A stretch of DNA of 63,982 nt, filler included, from Barthelona sp. PAP020 (taxonomy: Eukaryota), in assembly GCA_040182905.1 (NCBI GenBank). It is 9 parts of 9 records of this genome, joined end to end, with 100 filler letters (N's around TTAATTAATTAA, not from the genome) between each part and the next. Parts side by side here need not be neighbours in the genome. Positions count along the whole stretch, not along the records: positions 36,319 to 43,401 come from JARQWU010000510.1; positions 43,502 to 50,571 come from JARQWU010000511.1; positions 50,672 to 57,736 come from JARQWU010000512.1; 6 more parts are not named here. One strand, written 5' to 3'. This document shows positions 41,522 to 53,218 of the stretch, piece by piece; the first letter of the stretch is position 1; each line of letters opens with the position of its first letter. The notes under the pieces are model-generated. The model was not told the origin of the DNA and searched no databases. It saw only the letters and a list, made by a program, of their open reading frames with translations. The position numbers were made by a program, and so were the translations under genes.

Positions 41522-43069
41522 TTATTTTTTTTTTTGAATATAAGCTGTTGGAACATAACCAGTTTTGTCACCTTTTCTGCAAATGGACCAACCAGAATTA
41601 TCATTATCAGCTTCAATAAGATGGAGGGTTTCTCCTTGTTCAAAACTAACTTCATCACTTCTTTCAGCAGTAAACTTAAACAATGCTATGTATTCATCTG
41701 GTTGTGCCAACACAATAGGGGCTTTTGATGTTTCATCATTGGATTCTATTTGCTTAAATGGGGTATTATCTGGTTTTATCTCAAGAGTTTGACTTTTTTC
41801 TTCCATTTTTTGTGTTGAAGGAACTGTAGAAGGTGGCATCAATGGTTGAATTGGTAATTGCATGGTAGATTGTGCTAAAGTGGGAGGCTCAATAGTTGTT
41901 TTGAAAGATGGGACAGTCGAACTTGACGTATCTTCAAAGACATTTTTTGATTTCTTTTCAAGATAAGCACTGGGAACATAGCCTATTTTTCTGCCTATTT
42001 TACCGATAAACCAATCATTATCATCATCATTTAATATTTCTACAACATTGTTTAACTCAAATCCCAACTCAGTTTCATCTCGAGCCTTGAACGCAAAATT
42101 TGCTTTTGTAGTGTATAGAACCGTTATTTCCTCATCCTTTTCATTCATTGCTTCTTGTTCTTTTTCCTTAATCTTTGTTTCAACATTGATTGGTTCTAGA
42201 ACATTTACATTTTTTTCAATTGTTGAAATGATTGGCATAAAGGTAATTAATTGTGGTCTAACTGTAAAATCTCCATAAGAACTGATAAAATCTGTGATGG
42301 TTTGACTTGCAGAATAATTTCCAAGCAAACTCAGAGCATTTTTAGCAAAGACACTTCTTTTGCTGAACAACTCTTCTGAACTTTTGAGATATGAAAAAAC
42401 ATTGTTCTTTGCTAAATCTAGCAAGGAATAATCAATGTTCTGAAGCAAAGTTAGTGTGTTATCCTGCGAATCTTCTGATGAACTTTGCAAACTTCTTAAT
42501 TCCTCAAAAATCATTTTTGTGTTCTTCTCACTTTCTATTTTTTGTAATTCACGACTATCAACCATTTTCTGGGCAACTATCAAATCCCTTGATGCATTTT
42601 TATCAACAACATTTTTTAAATTTATCAAACTCTCATCATACAATCTACAATAACCTGAATACTCATCATATTGTTTGAAAGCTTTTGTTTTCAGTGCAGA
42701 AAACCTTTTCAACAATCTTTCTGTTTCATTGCAATTCTGATTGATATCAACCTTCATTTCTCTTCTTTTTGTTTCCCATTCATTCAACTTTAATGTCATA
42801 TTTGAACAAAATAATCCATGCTGATCAACACTATTATTAATTTCAGTCAAAAGCATATTTTGTAAATCAGGCAAAAAGTTATCGAAAACCACCACATTTC
42901 GATATTTGTTTTGCAATTTTTGTAATTGTTTTATGTAATCTTTTTCAATATTAATTCGATCTTCTATCAAATGTATTAAATCTCCACTCAATTTTCGATT
43001 TTCCAACGTATGTTTTTTAACATCTTCATATTTTTGAAAGAATGCTCCTTTGTAATCTCGATTTGCCAT
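41522..43069 (-). CDS. F-BAR + two SH3 domain protein
   Basis: IEDRINIEKDYIKQL; SH3 motifs ANFAFKARDETELGF...GYVPSAY and ALFKFTAERSDEVSF...GYVPTAY. Confidence 0.9.
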   Translation of the reverse strand: MANRDYKGAFFQKYEDVKKHTLENRKLSGDLIHLIEDRINIEKDYIKQLQKLQNKYRNVVVFDNFLPDLQNMLLTEINNSVDQHGLFCSNMTLKLNEWETKRREMKVDINQNCNETERLLKRFSALKTKAFKQYDEYSGYCRLYDESLINLKNVVDKNASRDLIVAQKMVDSRELQKIESEKNTKMIFEELRSLQSSSEDSQDNTLTLLQNIDYSLLDLAKNNVFSYLKSSEELFSKRSVFAKNALSLLGNYSASQTITDFISSYGDFTVRPQLITFMPIISTIEKNVNVLEPINVETKIKEKEQEAMNEKDEEITVLYTTKANFAFKARDETELGFELNNVVEILNDDDNDWFIGKIGRKIGYVPSAYLEKKSKNVFEDTSSSTVPSFKTTIEPPTLAQSTMQLPIQPLMPPSTVPSTQKMEEKSQTLEIKPDNTPFKQIESNDETSKAPIVLAQPDEYIALFKFTAERSDEVSFEQGETLHLIEADNDNSGWSICRKGDKTGYVPTAYIQKKK

Positions 43070-43501
43070 ATAGCGGAACAAACAAAATAACAATCTTGAC
43101 AAAAACACTGTAGATTTTTTTTCATAATTCTACACGTTCTTTGAAAATGGATCAATCTTTCATTTTATATGTATTACAACACATCATCATATTTTTGATG
43201 CCACATAAAGGATATTTAATCCAAATTTCAAATCTTGAAATTCTTTGGAAGTTTCTCTTCCAAACTCCAAAACCAATCAACAAAAGTCAACCTGTACACA
43301 AAATAAAATATCTGTTAATTCTTTACAACGATTCTGTATTGATGAATGATTCCGTGTTCATTAGAGGTTTTCCCCTCATTTGATCAACATTCATCGTATT
43401 TNNNNNNNNNNNNNNNNNNNNNNNNNNNNNNNNNNNNNNNNNNNNTTAATTAATTAANNNNNNNNNNNNNNNNNNNNNNNNNNNNNNNNNNNNNNNNNNN
43501 N

Positions 43502-44059
43502 CAACTCTTTAATTTCATTATTCAAACTCTGTTTTAATGCCTCTTGTCTCACTCTTTTATCTTCAAATGCTGTTTGTTCCTTTTTAATAATATCTGTTAT
43601 GCTTTTTACTTGTTGTGATAAATTTCTCTCTTGTTGCTCCAAAGATTGATCTGACAATTCTATTTCATCGTTTTCAGTTGAAAATTTTTTACTCATTAGA
43701 GTTTTTAAATTTTTGAACGTATTTTGAAAACTTTCAATTCCAAAGCTTATTTCTGGGGATATTAAATCTAATATTGTTCCACATTTCGTGTTGACTTGAA
43801 TTAATCTTAAAACAGAAGCTGTTCTTGCTCTCAATTCATAAGCAACATCACGAATTTCACGCACATCACCTCCATTATTTTCCAATTCATTAAATATTTT
43901 TTGGGTACGCACAAAATTTAAAATTTCGTCAAATATTTCAGGATATAAAGATTTCAATTCAGTTGATTGAAAAATTTGATCATTTAATCTCGATAATGTA
44001 TTTAGTTGATGCAATGTTTCATCAAATACATGCAATATTTTGGAGTACTCACGTTCCAT
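43502..44059 (-). CDS. DRC10: Probable dynein regulatory complex subunit 10 (IQCD), 5' part
   Basis: EYSKILHVFDETLHQL, LRARTASVLRL, FQNTFKNLKTLMSKKFST resemble the IQCD N-terminus; cut by contig end. Confidence 0.55.
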
Positions 44060-44144
44060 TCAATATAAATCTTCAATTTCAAATTTAAAAATAATAAACA
44101 AAAGAAAATTTGTTTTGACTTTGTCCTTCTTTTTATTTCTTTAC

Positions 44145-45557
44145 ATGAATTGTCGATATTTGTTTTTGGTTTGTATAGTTATTGCATCAATGATATCTGT
44201 TGATTCATGTGAATCCCTTTTGGATGATTATTTATTGCCAAATTATCATTTTTCTCCAGGTGATCAATATCAACCAAAATGGTGGATAAATGATCCAGTT
44301 GGTTTGTTTTTTGACAACGATGAAAAGATGTTTCACGTTTTTTATCAATTAAATCCTTTTGACAATGTTTGGGGAAAGATGCATTGGGGTCATGCCAAAA
44401 CAAAAGATTTTGTTTCTTGGATTCGACTTCCCACAGCTCTTGGAGAGCCATATCCTGATTATGAGAGTGAAGGAGCGTGGTCTGGAAGTGCTTTTTTTGA
44501 TGTTGATTTAAACAAGTGGAGAATGGCGTATACAGCTGCAAGACCTGAAATTCAATGTTTGACTGATTACGTAAATGATTATAATACTTGGAATCGATCT
44601 GGTTGTTTTAATATTACAGCCCCAAGTGGTCATAATGGTTGGAGAGATCCAGTCATTAACAAAATAGAGGAAGGTTGGGAAATGTTATTGGGAGGAGGAA
44701 TGAATGGTGAAGGTCACATTTTTAGATATGTTTCAAAAACGATTGATGGGTATTTTGAACAAAAAGAGAGTTTATTGCAAGGAAGACACATTTTAGGGCA
44801 TGATTTTTTATCCATTTGGGAATGTCCTGCACTATTTTCTTTTAATGAATTTCAAGGAATTGTTCTTAGTGTTGAAGAACCTGATGATCCATCACATCAA
44901 ATGTACATTGTTCGTAATTCTTCGAATATTATTGTTGGTGCTGGGGATTTGGATAAAGGAGCCATGTATGCTTTAAGATTTTTTCCAGAGACAAATTTTG
45001 CGATTGGTTGGTTGAGAGAATTTGATGACGGGTTAGTTTACAGTAAAACAAGAAAATGGCGAGGTGTATTATCATTACCAAGAGTATTGTTCATTGAAAA
45101 GAATTCAAAAACGGGTGAATATTTTGTTGGTCAAAGATATCACGAAAATGTTGAAAAATTATTGAAAAATAAAAGATCGTTTGAATCTCAAGGACTTTTA
45201 GGATTTATTGGACCACAAAAATGCATTAAATTTGCTTCATCTTATTCTTTCAGATTTTTGTTTTATTCAAACAACAATAATCCCAATCATAACATAAGTT
45301 ATAATGCAAACACAGGTGAAATTCTTGCATATCACGCAGGTGGTAGTTTTAGAATGGAAAACCCAAGAACTGCAAAACCTGTTGATGTGTTTGTGTTTGT
45401 TGACCATTCTGCAGTTGAAATATTTATTGGACCTGTTGCTTTTACTCTTAGAACTTATCCAAATGATGTTAATGCACCTCATAAATTGTTTGTCGATGGT
45501 AAAATTATAGGTACAGATGCGGATATGAATGATTATGAATACTCAAAAGTTTTTTGA
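44145..45557 (+). CDS. Secreted GH32 beta-fructofuranosidase/invertase
   Basis: Signal peptide; WINDPVG, MHWGHA, WSGSA, RDP, WECP motifs. Confidence 0.93.
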   Translation: MNCRYLFLVCIVIASMISVDSCESLLDDYLLPNYHFSPGDQYQPKWWINDPVGLFFDNDEKMFHVFYQLNPFDNVWGKMHWGHAKTKDFVSWIRLPTALGEPYPDYESEGAWSGSAFFDVDLNKWRMAYTAARPEIQCLTDYVNDYNTWNRSGCFNITAPSGHNGWRDPVINKIEEGWEMLLGGGMNGEGHIFRYVSKTIDGYFEQKESLLQGRHILGHDFLSIWECPALFSFNEFQGIVLSVEEPDDPSHQMYIVRNSSNIIVGAGDLDKGAMYALRFFPETNFAIGWLREFDDGLVYSKTRKWRGVLSLPRVLFIEKNSKTGEYFVGQRYHENVEKLLKNKRSFESQGLLGFIGPQKCIKFASSYSFRFLFYSNNNNPNHNISYNANTGEILAYHAGGSFRMENPRTAKPVDVFVFVDHSAVEIFIGPVAFTLRTYPNDVNAPHKLFVDGKIIGTDADMNDYEYSKVF

Positions 45558-45659
45558 ATAAATTTTGTAAATATTAATATTTTTCATCCAAATTTTTGAA
45601 ACGTTTATTGTTCATGTTAATTTAGATGTTAAAAAAAGAGTTAATTTTGTGAATACAAT

Positions 45660-47936
45660 TTATTGTGGTGTTAAAATGCTCTGTGTTGTAAGAACTTGCT
45701 GAAGCTTAATATCTGGAGAACTTAACATATCTTGCTTAATAAACAATTGTTTGCCATCAATGCTTCGGAAATCAATATCCCTATTTTCGGACGTGATTCT
45801 AATTTTTTTTAATTTTTTTAAACGTTGACTATCTCTAGGAGAATTCACAGTGTCTTGCTCTTTTGGTGGTGGTGGAATATGTTCACTATTCATGGTTTTA
45901 ATTTTTGGAACATTAAAATCATTTTTTAAATTTTCAAAATTTGGTTGGGGCATGTCTGAATCCAAAAAAATGTCTTTTTTTTTATTATTATTAGATTTGA
46001 TTGTTTTTACCATAGATGACACATTTGATTGTAATTGAATCAATTCATCATCGATAACATCGCTTAGATCAACCCTCAATTTACTTTCAATGTCCAATTT
46101 TTTTTCAATGTTAGAAATTCGACTTTTAGATACAGGTCTAACGCTATTGGATAACTCCGTCAATTCTTTTTCAAATTTGCCAACTGATCGTTTCAAATCA
46201 CTTTGACTATTTGTGAATTCGATTCTTATTTGATCAAAATCACGATTCATCAATTGCAATTGAGATTTCATCGATTGATTCAATCGGTTGATATTTATTG
46301 AATATGAAGATAATGACGTCTCTACTTGTAATAACCGATTTTCATTTTGTTCAGAATGAAATCTATCTTCATCAATACCATCAGATAATTTTTTTGAAAA
46401 CTTTTCCAAAGTTCCCAATCTTTTATTTATTTCACCATCTGTGGCTTCTAATTCAATTGTTTGATGTTTTAAAATATTTATGGAATCAGAATGTTCGTTG
46501 GCAGTAACTTTTAAAGTTTTCATATTTTCATCAGTCTCATTTTCCAAATTTTTTAATCTCCTATCCAACCCAGAAATTCGAGAAGTGAATATTTGTTTAA
46601 GTTCTGTATTAGTTTCAAAAACCAAACCTTGTAAATCATTATTTAATCTAGATAATTCGTGTTCAACAACTTTTAATCGCATACCCATATCATCAATAAT
46701 TTTATCCCTGTGAATAAAATGAGTGTTAATTTGAATATTTAAATTTTTTGTTGTATTTTGAGCGGTTTGAACAGTCCTTTTCAAACCATCGACATTTAAT
46801 TGATGTAGATCACTTAAAATTTTAAAATATAAATTGTCCAGTAATTCGTCAAAATTTTTATAAACGTTTTTCATATTCAATGTAATTTTCTGCAGTTTTG
46901 AATCATAAAGACTGCCAAAACGTCTTAAATTTTCATTTATCATCTGATTTTTTTCAGAAACAAAATTGGTAACCCTTGTAACTGTGGTTTGTAATCCGTC
47001 CAGTTTCGTTTGCATTTTTGGAATAGTATCATTTAAAGATACCATTGATTGTGTAAAATTTTTACTTTCATTTTGTAAAAAATTAGTAGTATCACACAAA
47101 TCTGCCAATGATTGATCAACGGAACACAATTTTAATCTGTTGTCATTTGATTTATCAAAAGTATATCTACTTTTTACTTGTAATTCAGTTAATTGTTCCA
47201 ACAACTTTGATAAATGCAAATCAATATCACAACTTAAATGAATTTCTGCATTTTCTTTCCCACTCACACAAGAATTGTTGAAAATATTCTGACTGCTGCT
47301 ATTATTATTCCTCAGGATTTTTGGTGAAGCAGTTAATTTTGAAGAAAACGTGTTAAAAAACGTCATTTCACTGTCTTTAATTCCGTTTACGGTTCTAGGA
47401 CTTGGTAAAGCTGCTATTTTAAAAGGAATATTATCAAAAGTGGTCGGGGATCTTTTTAATTCCAGATTTTTTGATTGTTTGGCAGGTAACTTCAATGGTC
47501 CAGCTCTTTGCAATTGTGACACATCATATTTACCTTCTTTAATCATGGACATATTCAAGAGAATATCTTTAATATCTATTAATTCAGAATTAAAATTCTC
47601 TTCCAATACACACAAAGCTCTTTTCAAATCCAAATCATCATCTGCAATATGTTGTACAACAGATTCAATTTTTGCGGACAAAAATTGTTGAATAGCATTT
47701 ATTCTTGTCAATAAACTGTTTGTTAACAAAGAAATATAATTTAAGCTTTGTCCCAACATTTTTGCAAGATTTTGTGTGCTGGGTACCGGAATATTTTGAG
47801 TATTTTTATATTCAACAATTTGAGAATCAACAGAACTCATTTCTTTAATAATTTTTTCAATTGTATTTCGTACACCAATTGGAACCAAATTCCAATCTTT
47901 CGAATTAAAATTAAATTCATTCACTAAATTTCTCAT
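45660..47936 (-). CDS. Long coiled-coil hypothetical protein
   Basis: 758-aa ORF with extended heptads. Confidence 0.75.
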   Translation of the reverse strand: MRNLVNEFNFNSKDWNLVPIGVRNTIEKIIKEMSSVDSQIVEYKNTQNIPVPSTQNLAKMLGQSLNYISLLTNSLLTRINAIQQFLSAKIESVVQHIADDDLDLKRALCVLEENFNSELIDIKDILLNMSMIKEGKYDVSQLQRAGPLKLPAKQSKNLELKRSPTTFDNIPFKIAALPSPRTVNGIKDSEMTFFNTFSSKLTASPKILRNNNSSSQNIFNNSCVSGKENAEIHLSCDIDLHLSKLLEQLTELQVKSRYTFDKSNDNRLKLCSVDQSLADLCDTTNFLQNESKNFTQSMVSLNDTIPKMQTKLDGLQTTVTRVTNFVSEKNQMINENLRRFGSLYDSKLQKITLNMKNVYKNFDELLDNLYFKILSDLHQLNVDGLKRTVQTAQNTTKNLNIQINTHFIHRDKIIDDMGMRLKVVEHELSRLNNDLQGLVFETNTELKQIFTSRISGLDRRLKNLENETDENMKTLKVTANEHSDSINILKHQTIELEATDGEINKRLGTLEKFSKKLSDGIDEDRFHSEQNENRLLQVETSLSSYSININRLNQSMKSQLQLMNRDFDQIRIEFTNSQSDLKRSVGKFEKELTELSNSVRPVSKSRISNIEKKLDIESKLRVDLSDVIDDELIQLQSNVSSMVKTIKSNNNKKKDIFLDSDMPQPNFENLKNDFNVPKIKTMNSEHIPPPPKEQDTVNSPRDSQRLKKLKKIRITSENRDIDFRSIDGKQLFIKQDMLSSPDIKLQQVLTTQSILTPQ

Positions 47937-48127
47937 GCCATTAAATCAATAATGAGAACATTTTTTTTGAAAAAAAAAAGATGCTGCGAAGTTTATGGTT
48001 TCAAAAAAAAGCATCTTTTTTCACTTGATAGCTTGAAATAATATTTGTCAAAATAATTTATTTGGATTTAAGTTTGAAATAAAAACCAACTACATCTTTT
48101 TTCTTTTTTATTTTCCGGTCACTTTCG

Positions 48128-49207
48128 ATGAGTGGACTGTTTATTAATTTCAATCCTCCAGTTTTTTTGGCTCCCATGGTGCGAATATGTGATTTGCCAT
48201 TTCGAATGGTTTCTCAAAAATACGGAGCGACTCATGTGTTTACTGATGCTATTGTTGACAAAAAAATAATAAATTGTGAATGTGTTGAAACAGAAAATGG
48301 GAGAATTCGATTTTTTGAACCTGAGAAACCATATTATGATGTGTTTACAACATATCCCAAACGGGAGAATAATGTTATTTTTCAATTGGTTTCTAGTGAT
48401 CCAAGTTTGGCTGTTCAATCTTTAGAAAAAGTTCAAAATAGTGGTATTTGGGGGTTGGATCTCAACGCTGGTTGCCCTATGCATTTTGCAACCCATTTTG
48501 GTGGGGGTTCAAAATTATTGTCAAATTTGCCATTATTATATGATATGTTGAGAGATTTGAAAAGGAATACTTCAATTCCATTGTCTTGTAAAATTCGTTT
48601 GATGAACACAGTGGAGGAAACTCAAGAATTGTTAAGAAATATTGAAAATATTGGTGTTGATTTTGTTACTATTCATTGTCGAAGAGTTAGTGACAATACT
48701 AAAAAAACTGATGCCAATTATTATCATTACAAACAAGCAATAGTCAATTCTAACATTCCCATTATTATGAATGGAGATGTTAAAAATTTTAATGATGGTT
48801 GCAAGAAATTAGAAGAATTTGGAGGAAATGGATTTATGATTGGGCGAGCTGGAATGTATAATCCTCTCGTTTTTTCACCAAATACCACCGAAACATTTAT
48901 TGATGTTATTTTGGCAGTTATTAACAATGCTCTGGAAGTTGAAGCTTCTTTTAAATCAATAAAGTATGGAATTATGAAAATAATTCCTTCAAAAAGTTCT
49001 CTTCACAGGCAATTGGTTGCTGTTCGAGACTTTGAAGATGTTATTCCTATCATTTATGATTTTGTGAATACGAATAACATCTCTTTAAAACAATATCCAT
49101 TTATAGAATCATTTCAAATTTCTAACACTTTAAAGGAAAATGTTATTAATGAAAAAAATGAAAAAAATCATGACAGTATCAAAAAATCGCCAGAATTTTC
49201 GGATTAA
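48128..49207 (+). CDS. DUS2: tRNA-dihydrouridine synthase, DUS2-like
   Basis: LAPMVR, DLNAGCP, CKIR, IHCR, NGDV, MIGRA. Confidence 0.88.
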   Translation: MSGLFINFNPPVFLAPMVRICDLPFRMVSQKYGATHVFTDAIVDKKIINCECVETENGRIRFFEPEKPYYDVFTTYPKRENNVIFQLVSSDPSLAVQSLEKVQNSGIWGLDLNAGCPMHFATHFGGGSKLLSNLPLLYDMLRDLKRNTSIPLSCKIRLMNTVEETQELLRNIENIGVDFVTIHCRRVSDNTKKTDANYYHYKQAIVNSNIPIIMNGDVKNFNDGCKKLEEFGGNGFMIGRAGMYNPLVFSPNTTETFIDVILAVINNALEVEASFKSIKYGIMKIIPSKSSLHRQLVAVRDFEDVIPIIYDFVNTNNISLKQYPFIESFQISNTLKENVINEKNEKNHDSIKKSPEFSD

Positions 49208-49275
49208 CCATTTTATTTAGTCTTATAAACAAACAAACATTTGTTGGATTTTTCTTTTTTTCCAGTTTTTGTATT

Positions 49276-50217
49276 ATGATTAAAACCAATAATATTGAAA
49301 ATAATTTTCATTTTGACTCCATTAAAAATATCATTATCACCAATCATGAATCTATCATTACAAAAATTCAATTTTCTCCCAACGACCATTTTTTTGCAAC
49401 TTTTTCTCTTGAAAATAGGATTCTTATATGGAACAATAGAACTTTGTCAATTGTAAAAGAATTTTATGATCCATTGCTATATATATTTGATTTGGCATTT
49501 TCATTGGACAATAGGTATTTAGCAATTTGTGTCAGTTCTGTTCAACAAATACAAATTAGATTGTATGATGTCCTTTTTGACTTTGAAATGATCAGTTCTT
49601 TCAACATTCAAGAAAAAAGATGCAAAATTTGTTTTGGTGATAATGAACATATCTTCGTTGGAAGTTCAAAAGGAGAAGTCATTTGTTATAATATTTTCAG
49701 TGGAATTCCTGTTTTTCGACAAATAGTTTTGAATGAACCTGTTTCTTTCATAGTTATGTCTAAGGATGGGTCTTATTTAATTTTAGCATCATCAATTACT
49801 GTTGGAAATAAAATAAAGGTAATTAATTCTGATGATTTATCAATAATTTGTGAAATTAGTATTCATGGTGGTGTAACAAGTCTTGATATTTCAGACAATC
49901 AATTAGTTGCGGTCTCTTCTAACGATAGAACTGTTAGATTATGGAATATGAAAACAAGAACAATGATAAAAACAATTAATTGTCCTTCAATTGTCAATTG
50001 TGTTAGGTTTTTTAAAAATTTGGATTTGTTGTTATCATTTAGTTTTAATGGGCAATTAAACATTTTTGATGATAGATTGAATTGTTTGACTGAAACAAGT
50101 TTGAATTGTTCAGGAAATGTGACGTTTGGTTTGAATAATGGAAATAATACAGTAATATGTAGTGATGTTAAAAATTCAATGAATTTAATAAGATTATCGA
50201 TAAGTAAAAATTGTTAA
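49276..50217 (+). CDS. WD40 repeat protein
   Basis: HESIITKIQFSPND...IWN; SSNDRTVRLWN. Confidence 0.85.
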   Translation: MIKTNNIENNFHFDSIKNIIITNHESIITKIQFSPNDHFFATFSLENRILIWNNRTLSIVKEFYDPLLYIFDLAFSLDNRYLAICVSSVQQIQIRLYDVLFDFEMISSFNIQEKRCKICFGDNEHIFVGSSKGEVICYNIFSGIPVFRQIVLNEPVSFIVMSKDGSYLILASSITVGNKIKVINSDDLSIICEISIHGGVTSLDISDNQLVAVSSNDRTVRLWNMKTRTMIKTINCPSIVNCVRFFKNLDLLLSFSFNGQLNIFDDRLNCLTETSLNCSGNVTFGLNNGNNTVICSDVKNSMNLIRLSISKNC

Positions 50218-50942
50218 TTTATTTTCATTAATTCATGTATTATTTTTTAACATTCATGGTATCTCAAAAAGATGCATAGCAATGAGACACTTTTTTTATC
50301 TCAATTTCGGAATTTGTATCAGGTTTGTGGTTTTAAAAAAGAAAAATTGTTTCATACCAAATACTAAGAAAAAGAAGGAAAATATGACATTTATGTTGAA
50401 AAATCCATTTGAAATTTTTTCAAAAGATTGTTTGTTTCTTTAAATAGTTCAATTAAGATCTTTAATTCGTTAAAAGTTTGTTTATCCAAAGGATGTAAGG
50501 GTATTTTGGTTTTAAAAATTAAATTCTTTGCTTGAATTAAATTTGGATCTTTCAAAACATTTTCCACTATCNNNNNNNNNNNNNNNNNNNNNNNNNNNNN
50601 NNNNNNNNNNNNNNNTTAATTAATTAANNNNNNNNNNNNNNNNNNNNNNNNNNNNNNNNNNNNNNNNNNNNCTTACCAACCAGTTGATATCAGTTTTGAG
50701 TGTTTGCTGTCGTCACTCAATTGGGATGTTTTATGGAGTCTCTTTACGGAAAAGTTCAATAAAGTCTTATTTCATATTTTTTTTTGTTTTTTTTTTTCAA
50801 TGATTGAAAATAATTCATGAATATTTTGGTTTTTTCCTTATACAAAGAAATACCTATTATTTATTTTATTGGTGAAAAAATCTTACAAACTATCTTTTCA
50901 AAAAAAAGATACCAATGAAGACACCATTTTATTTTTATTAAA

Positions 50943-51653
50943 ATGGTTTCTTCAGAAATTGAGTCATCAAGTGATGATCTTAATAATGAAGAAAACTCCA
51001 ATTCCAATACCCAAACTTCAAAACAGGTTATTTCTGAAGAAAACATTGAAAATGATGAGTTGAATGTTGAGCAGCATCAGTGTTCTGATGTCTTATCACC
51101 AAAATTATTATCACCGATAGTTTTAGACGATAATACAAATGAGAGTGATCAAATTATTTGCCGTATTTGCCATCAGTCTGGTGGAAATCTTATTCAACCT
51201 TGTGAATGTTCAGGAACAATGGCATACATACATTTAGAATGTTTGCAAGAATGGATAAGGGAACGACCTCTTGATCCAGTAGTGTGTGAAATCTGCAATC
51301 AGCCTTTTGATATCACAGTCTCCCGAGTAAGTATCTTTCGAGCAGGGTGTCCGTCATACAGTATTACTGAGCTATTTTTGGTCTTTTTATTGTTTCTATA
51401 CTATGTATTAGTATTAGTTTGTTGTGGGTTAACGATTGCTTTGATGGTTCAGGAGCTAACTCTTGAAAGTTTTTTTGTAGGTGGTCTTTCATTTGTTGTT
51501 CTTGCTTTAATAACAGTTTCTGTTTTTGAAATCTCAAGGGATTGGTTGAAACAAATATTTTTCAGATTTTTGCATCATGGTATAGTTTTGCAAGAGAAGA
51601 AAGACTTTGTATCAGTAAATAATCAAAGTGAACCGAGAGGTGATGATGTTTAG
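50943..51653 (+). CDS. MARCH-type RING-CH E3 ligase with two transmembrane helices
   Basis: CRIC...PCECSGTMAYIHLECLQEW...CEIC. Confidence 0.92.
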   Translation: MVSSEIESSSDDLNNEENSNSNTQTSKQVISEENIENDELNVEQHQCSDVLSPKLLSPIVLDDNTNESDQIICRICHQSGGNLIQPCECSGTMAYIHLECLQEWIRERPLDPVVCEICNQPFDITVSRVSIFRAGCPSYSITELFLVFLLFLYYVLVLVCCGLTIALMVQELTLESFFVGGLSFVVLALITVSVFEISRDWLKQIFFRFLHHGIVLQEKKDFVSVNNQSEPRGDDV

Positions 51654-51922
51654 ATGTGGGTATGAAAATAAAAGAAAATAAGTTTTTTTTATTGTTCATT
51701 CCAGGACGAAACGTATTAATTTTGCGGCTATTCATATTCCATCTTCACAGTATGAACAGAATGTCACAAACCTCAGGATGTTTAAAATGAATTTTTTCTT
51801 AACAAAAACAAAACAAAATCCGCCTACAATTTACAACTAATCATATTGTTATAACATATATATACCTCCCCACGTGTTCGTAAAGCCTTAACGAAAAGAA
51901 CACACTAAATCAAACATCACTC

Positions 51923-53218
51923 TTATATAGAATTCAACTGTGAATGTGCTATCTTTTTGAGCTTTTTATATTTAGCTAATAAAATAAGCACAAAAGAAAA
52001 GAGCACCACTGATAATACAGTTAAAATAACCAAAAAGAGTGAGGTTTGAGAAATTTGTAAATTTAACTGATTATTGAGTACAATTGAATTCTTAAATGAT
52101 TCAACCTTCTCCAAATCTAATACCCAAAAATCGTTTAGGTCATCTTCATATAAGCTTTTAAAGTTAAAGCGTCCACCAAATAGGTAAAATTTATGTTCAA
52201 AGAAATAGTATCCAGATTGTGCTCTGCTTGAAGGAGAACTGATGAAACTATCTGCTTGATTAAGTTTGATCCATTGATTCGCAGACAAATCAAAAACTTG
52301 TGTGTCGGCCAACCATGCCCTATTCTTGATCATTTTATTATTTGAATCAAAATAGGCGCTCAAATATTCCCCGCCAAAAATAACCAAATATTTATCATAA
52401 ACACCACCAGCATGCTGATATCTGTCAAAGATTGTTGAATTTGAAAGCAAAGTCCATTCTTTTGTTTTTAAGTTCATTTTCCAAACTTCACTCAAGGTAT
52501 AAACTTCTTTGCCCTTTCCATATCTACCACCATGAATAATAAGCTGCTTTTCAAGCGTATACACACCACAAACACCAGCATATCGACCAGAAGGAATTAC
52601 TTGTTCATCCGTTGAAGAATAATTTCCATGAATTATCTCAAAAGCATTAACATCAACATTATAGCAATAATGGTCGGAAAATTCCGTAACCACATCATTG
52701 AAACGTGCTTTACCTCCATAGAAACAAATCTTATTATCATAAATATAACTGTAACTATCAACTCGAGGGTATACATTCGAATAATTTTCCCCTACCTTTA
52801 TCCATTCTTTTTTTGAAAAATTAAAACTCCAAATGTCATTAAATAGATGTTCTTGTTCATTGTCAGTACATGCTTCATAATAGGTCATACCGAAAATCAA
52901 ATATAATGTATCATTAACAATCCCAGAGATTGAAGCAAAGCGTTCTTGAGGTGAAGGATTTAAACCAATTAACTTTTCCCAACCATTATTTTCATGATTA
53001 AATAAATAGGTATCATTGTAAAATGAACACCAACCTTCTTCACGACCACCAAACAGAATACTTTGATTTTCATATCTTTCTAAAATAAATTCATATCGAT
53101 CTGTAGGAATAGTGCTTTGTTTTTGTTGAATTGGTACCCAACCAACATCCGAACTATCAAAACATTGAACAGCAATAAAACATATCAAAAAAAAGATATA
53201 ACAACCTTCCAATTTCAT
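51923..53218 (-). CDS. Type I membrane protein with extracellular Kelch propeller
   Basis: Signal peptide, repeated FGG/YGG/HGG...W units, C-terminal transmembrane helix + basic tail. Confidence 0.88.
   Translation of the reverse strand: MKLEGCYIFFLICFIAVQCFDSSDVGWVPIQQKQSTIPTDRYEFILERYENQSILFGGREEGWCSFYNDTYLFNHENNGWEKLIGLNPSPQERFASISGIVNDTLYLIFGMTYYEACTDNEQEHLFNDIWSFNFSKKEWIKVGENYSNVYPRVDSYSYIYDNKICFYGGKARFNDVVTEFSDHYCYNVDVNAFEIIHGNYSSTDEQVIPSGRYAGVCGVYTLEKQLIIHGGRYGKGKEVYTLSEVWKMNLKTKEWTLLSNSTIFDRYQHAGGVYDKYLVIFGGEYLSAYFDSNNKMIKNRAWLADTQVFDLSANQWIKLNQADSFISSPSSRAQSGYYFFEHKFYLFGGRFNFKSLYEDDLNDFWVLDLEKVESFKNSIVLNNQLNLQISQTSLFLVILTVLSVVLFSFVLILLAKYKKLKKIAHSQLNSI

Noticed and set aside
51698..51765. 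GGACGAAAC hammerhead signature
   Set aside because: No CUGANGA and no U to pair with A15.1
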